Source: a virus (lineage: Duplodnaviria > Caudoviricetes). Taken from it: DNA of 61,388 nucleotides. The position numbers and the translations under genes were made by a program. Positions 61,367 through 61,388 of the stretch are shown here, piece after piece (within the stretch, counting starts at the first letter, position 1; the number at the start of each line of letters is the position of its first letter). The stretch covers positions 1 to 61,388 of IMG/VR virus record IMGVR_UViG_3300031228_000006, one strand, 5' to 3'. Under the pieces are notes generated by a model that saw nothing but the letters and a program-made list of their open reading frames with translations, was not told the DNA's origin and searched no databases.

Positions 61367-61388
61367 CTCGTACAGCGTACGAAGTGCT

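Larger units (their letters stand above)
1..61388. mobile_element. Actinobacterial tailed (siphovirus-like) bacteriophage genome, apparently complete
   Basis: Terminase, portal, capsid, tail, tape measure, lysis and replication modules all present. High-GC codon usage, a WhiB-like gene and no host genes. Confidence 0.95.

Noticed and set aside
1-61388. Integration/lysogeny module, DNA-modification cluster, reverse transcriptase or DGR
   Set aside because: No recognisable recombinase, ParA, methyltransferase or RT motifs among the ORFs; small unknown genes cannot be excluded.

Overview
The window looks like an essentially complete ~61.4 kb genome of a high-GC actinobacterial siphophage, probably with cos-type ends. 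It appears lytic: no integrase, classical repressor or stand-alone DNA polymerase was recognised. A + strand arm (1.2-25.3 kb) holds about 60 mostly small early/accessory genes. These include a SprT-like protease, an HNH-AP2 nuclease, WhiB-like and sigma-like regulators, a PD-(D/E)XK exonuclease, a DUF3310-like protein, an SSB-like protein and two endonuclease VII genes. A small - strand island (RHH, HNH, IPT/TIG) interrupts this arm. The - strand arm (59.5-25.4 kb) runs prim-pol/helicase, DinG-like helicase, terS, terL, endolysin, portal, head, tail, tape measure, tail fibre, holin. An AT-rich candidate origin lies at ~59.6-60.0 kb. The most striking content is non-coding. The early leader carries an rRNA-operon-like boxA/CL2 element, a ~420-nt structured region, two tRNA-like elements, a type II hammerhead ribozyme with pseudoknot and long RNase III-like stems. 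A near-identical SD-occluding structured leader precedes both the major capsid and major tail genes. At least 20 copies of GTTTACAC are scattered genome-wide, and nine intergenic TCTCA-N5-TGGAC/TGAGA operators include one over the start of the RHH gene. All calls were made by eye; no database searches were run.
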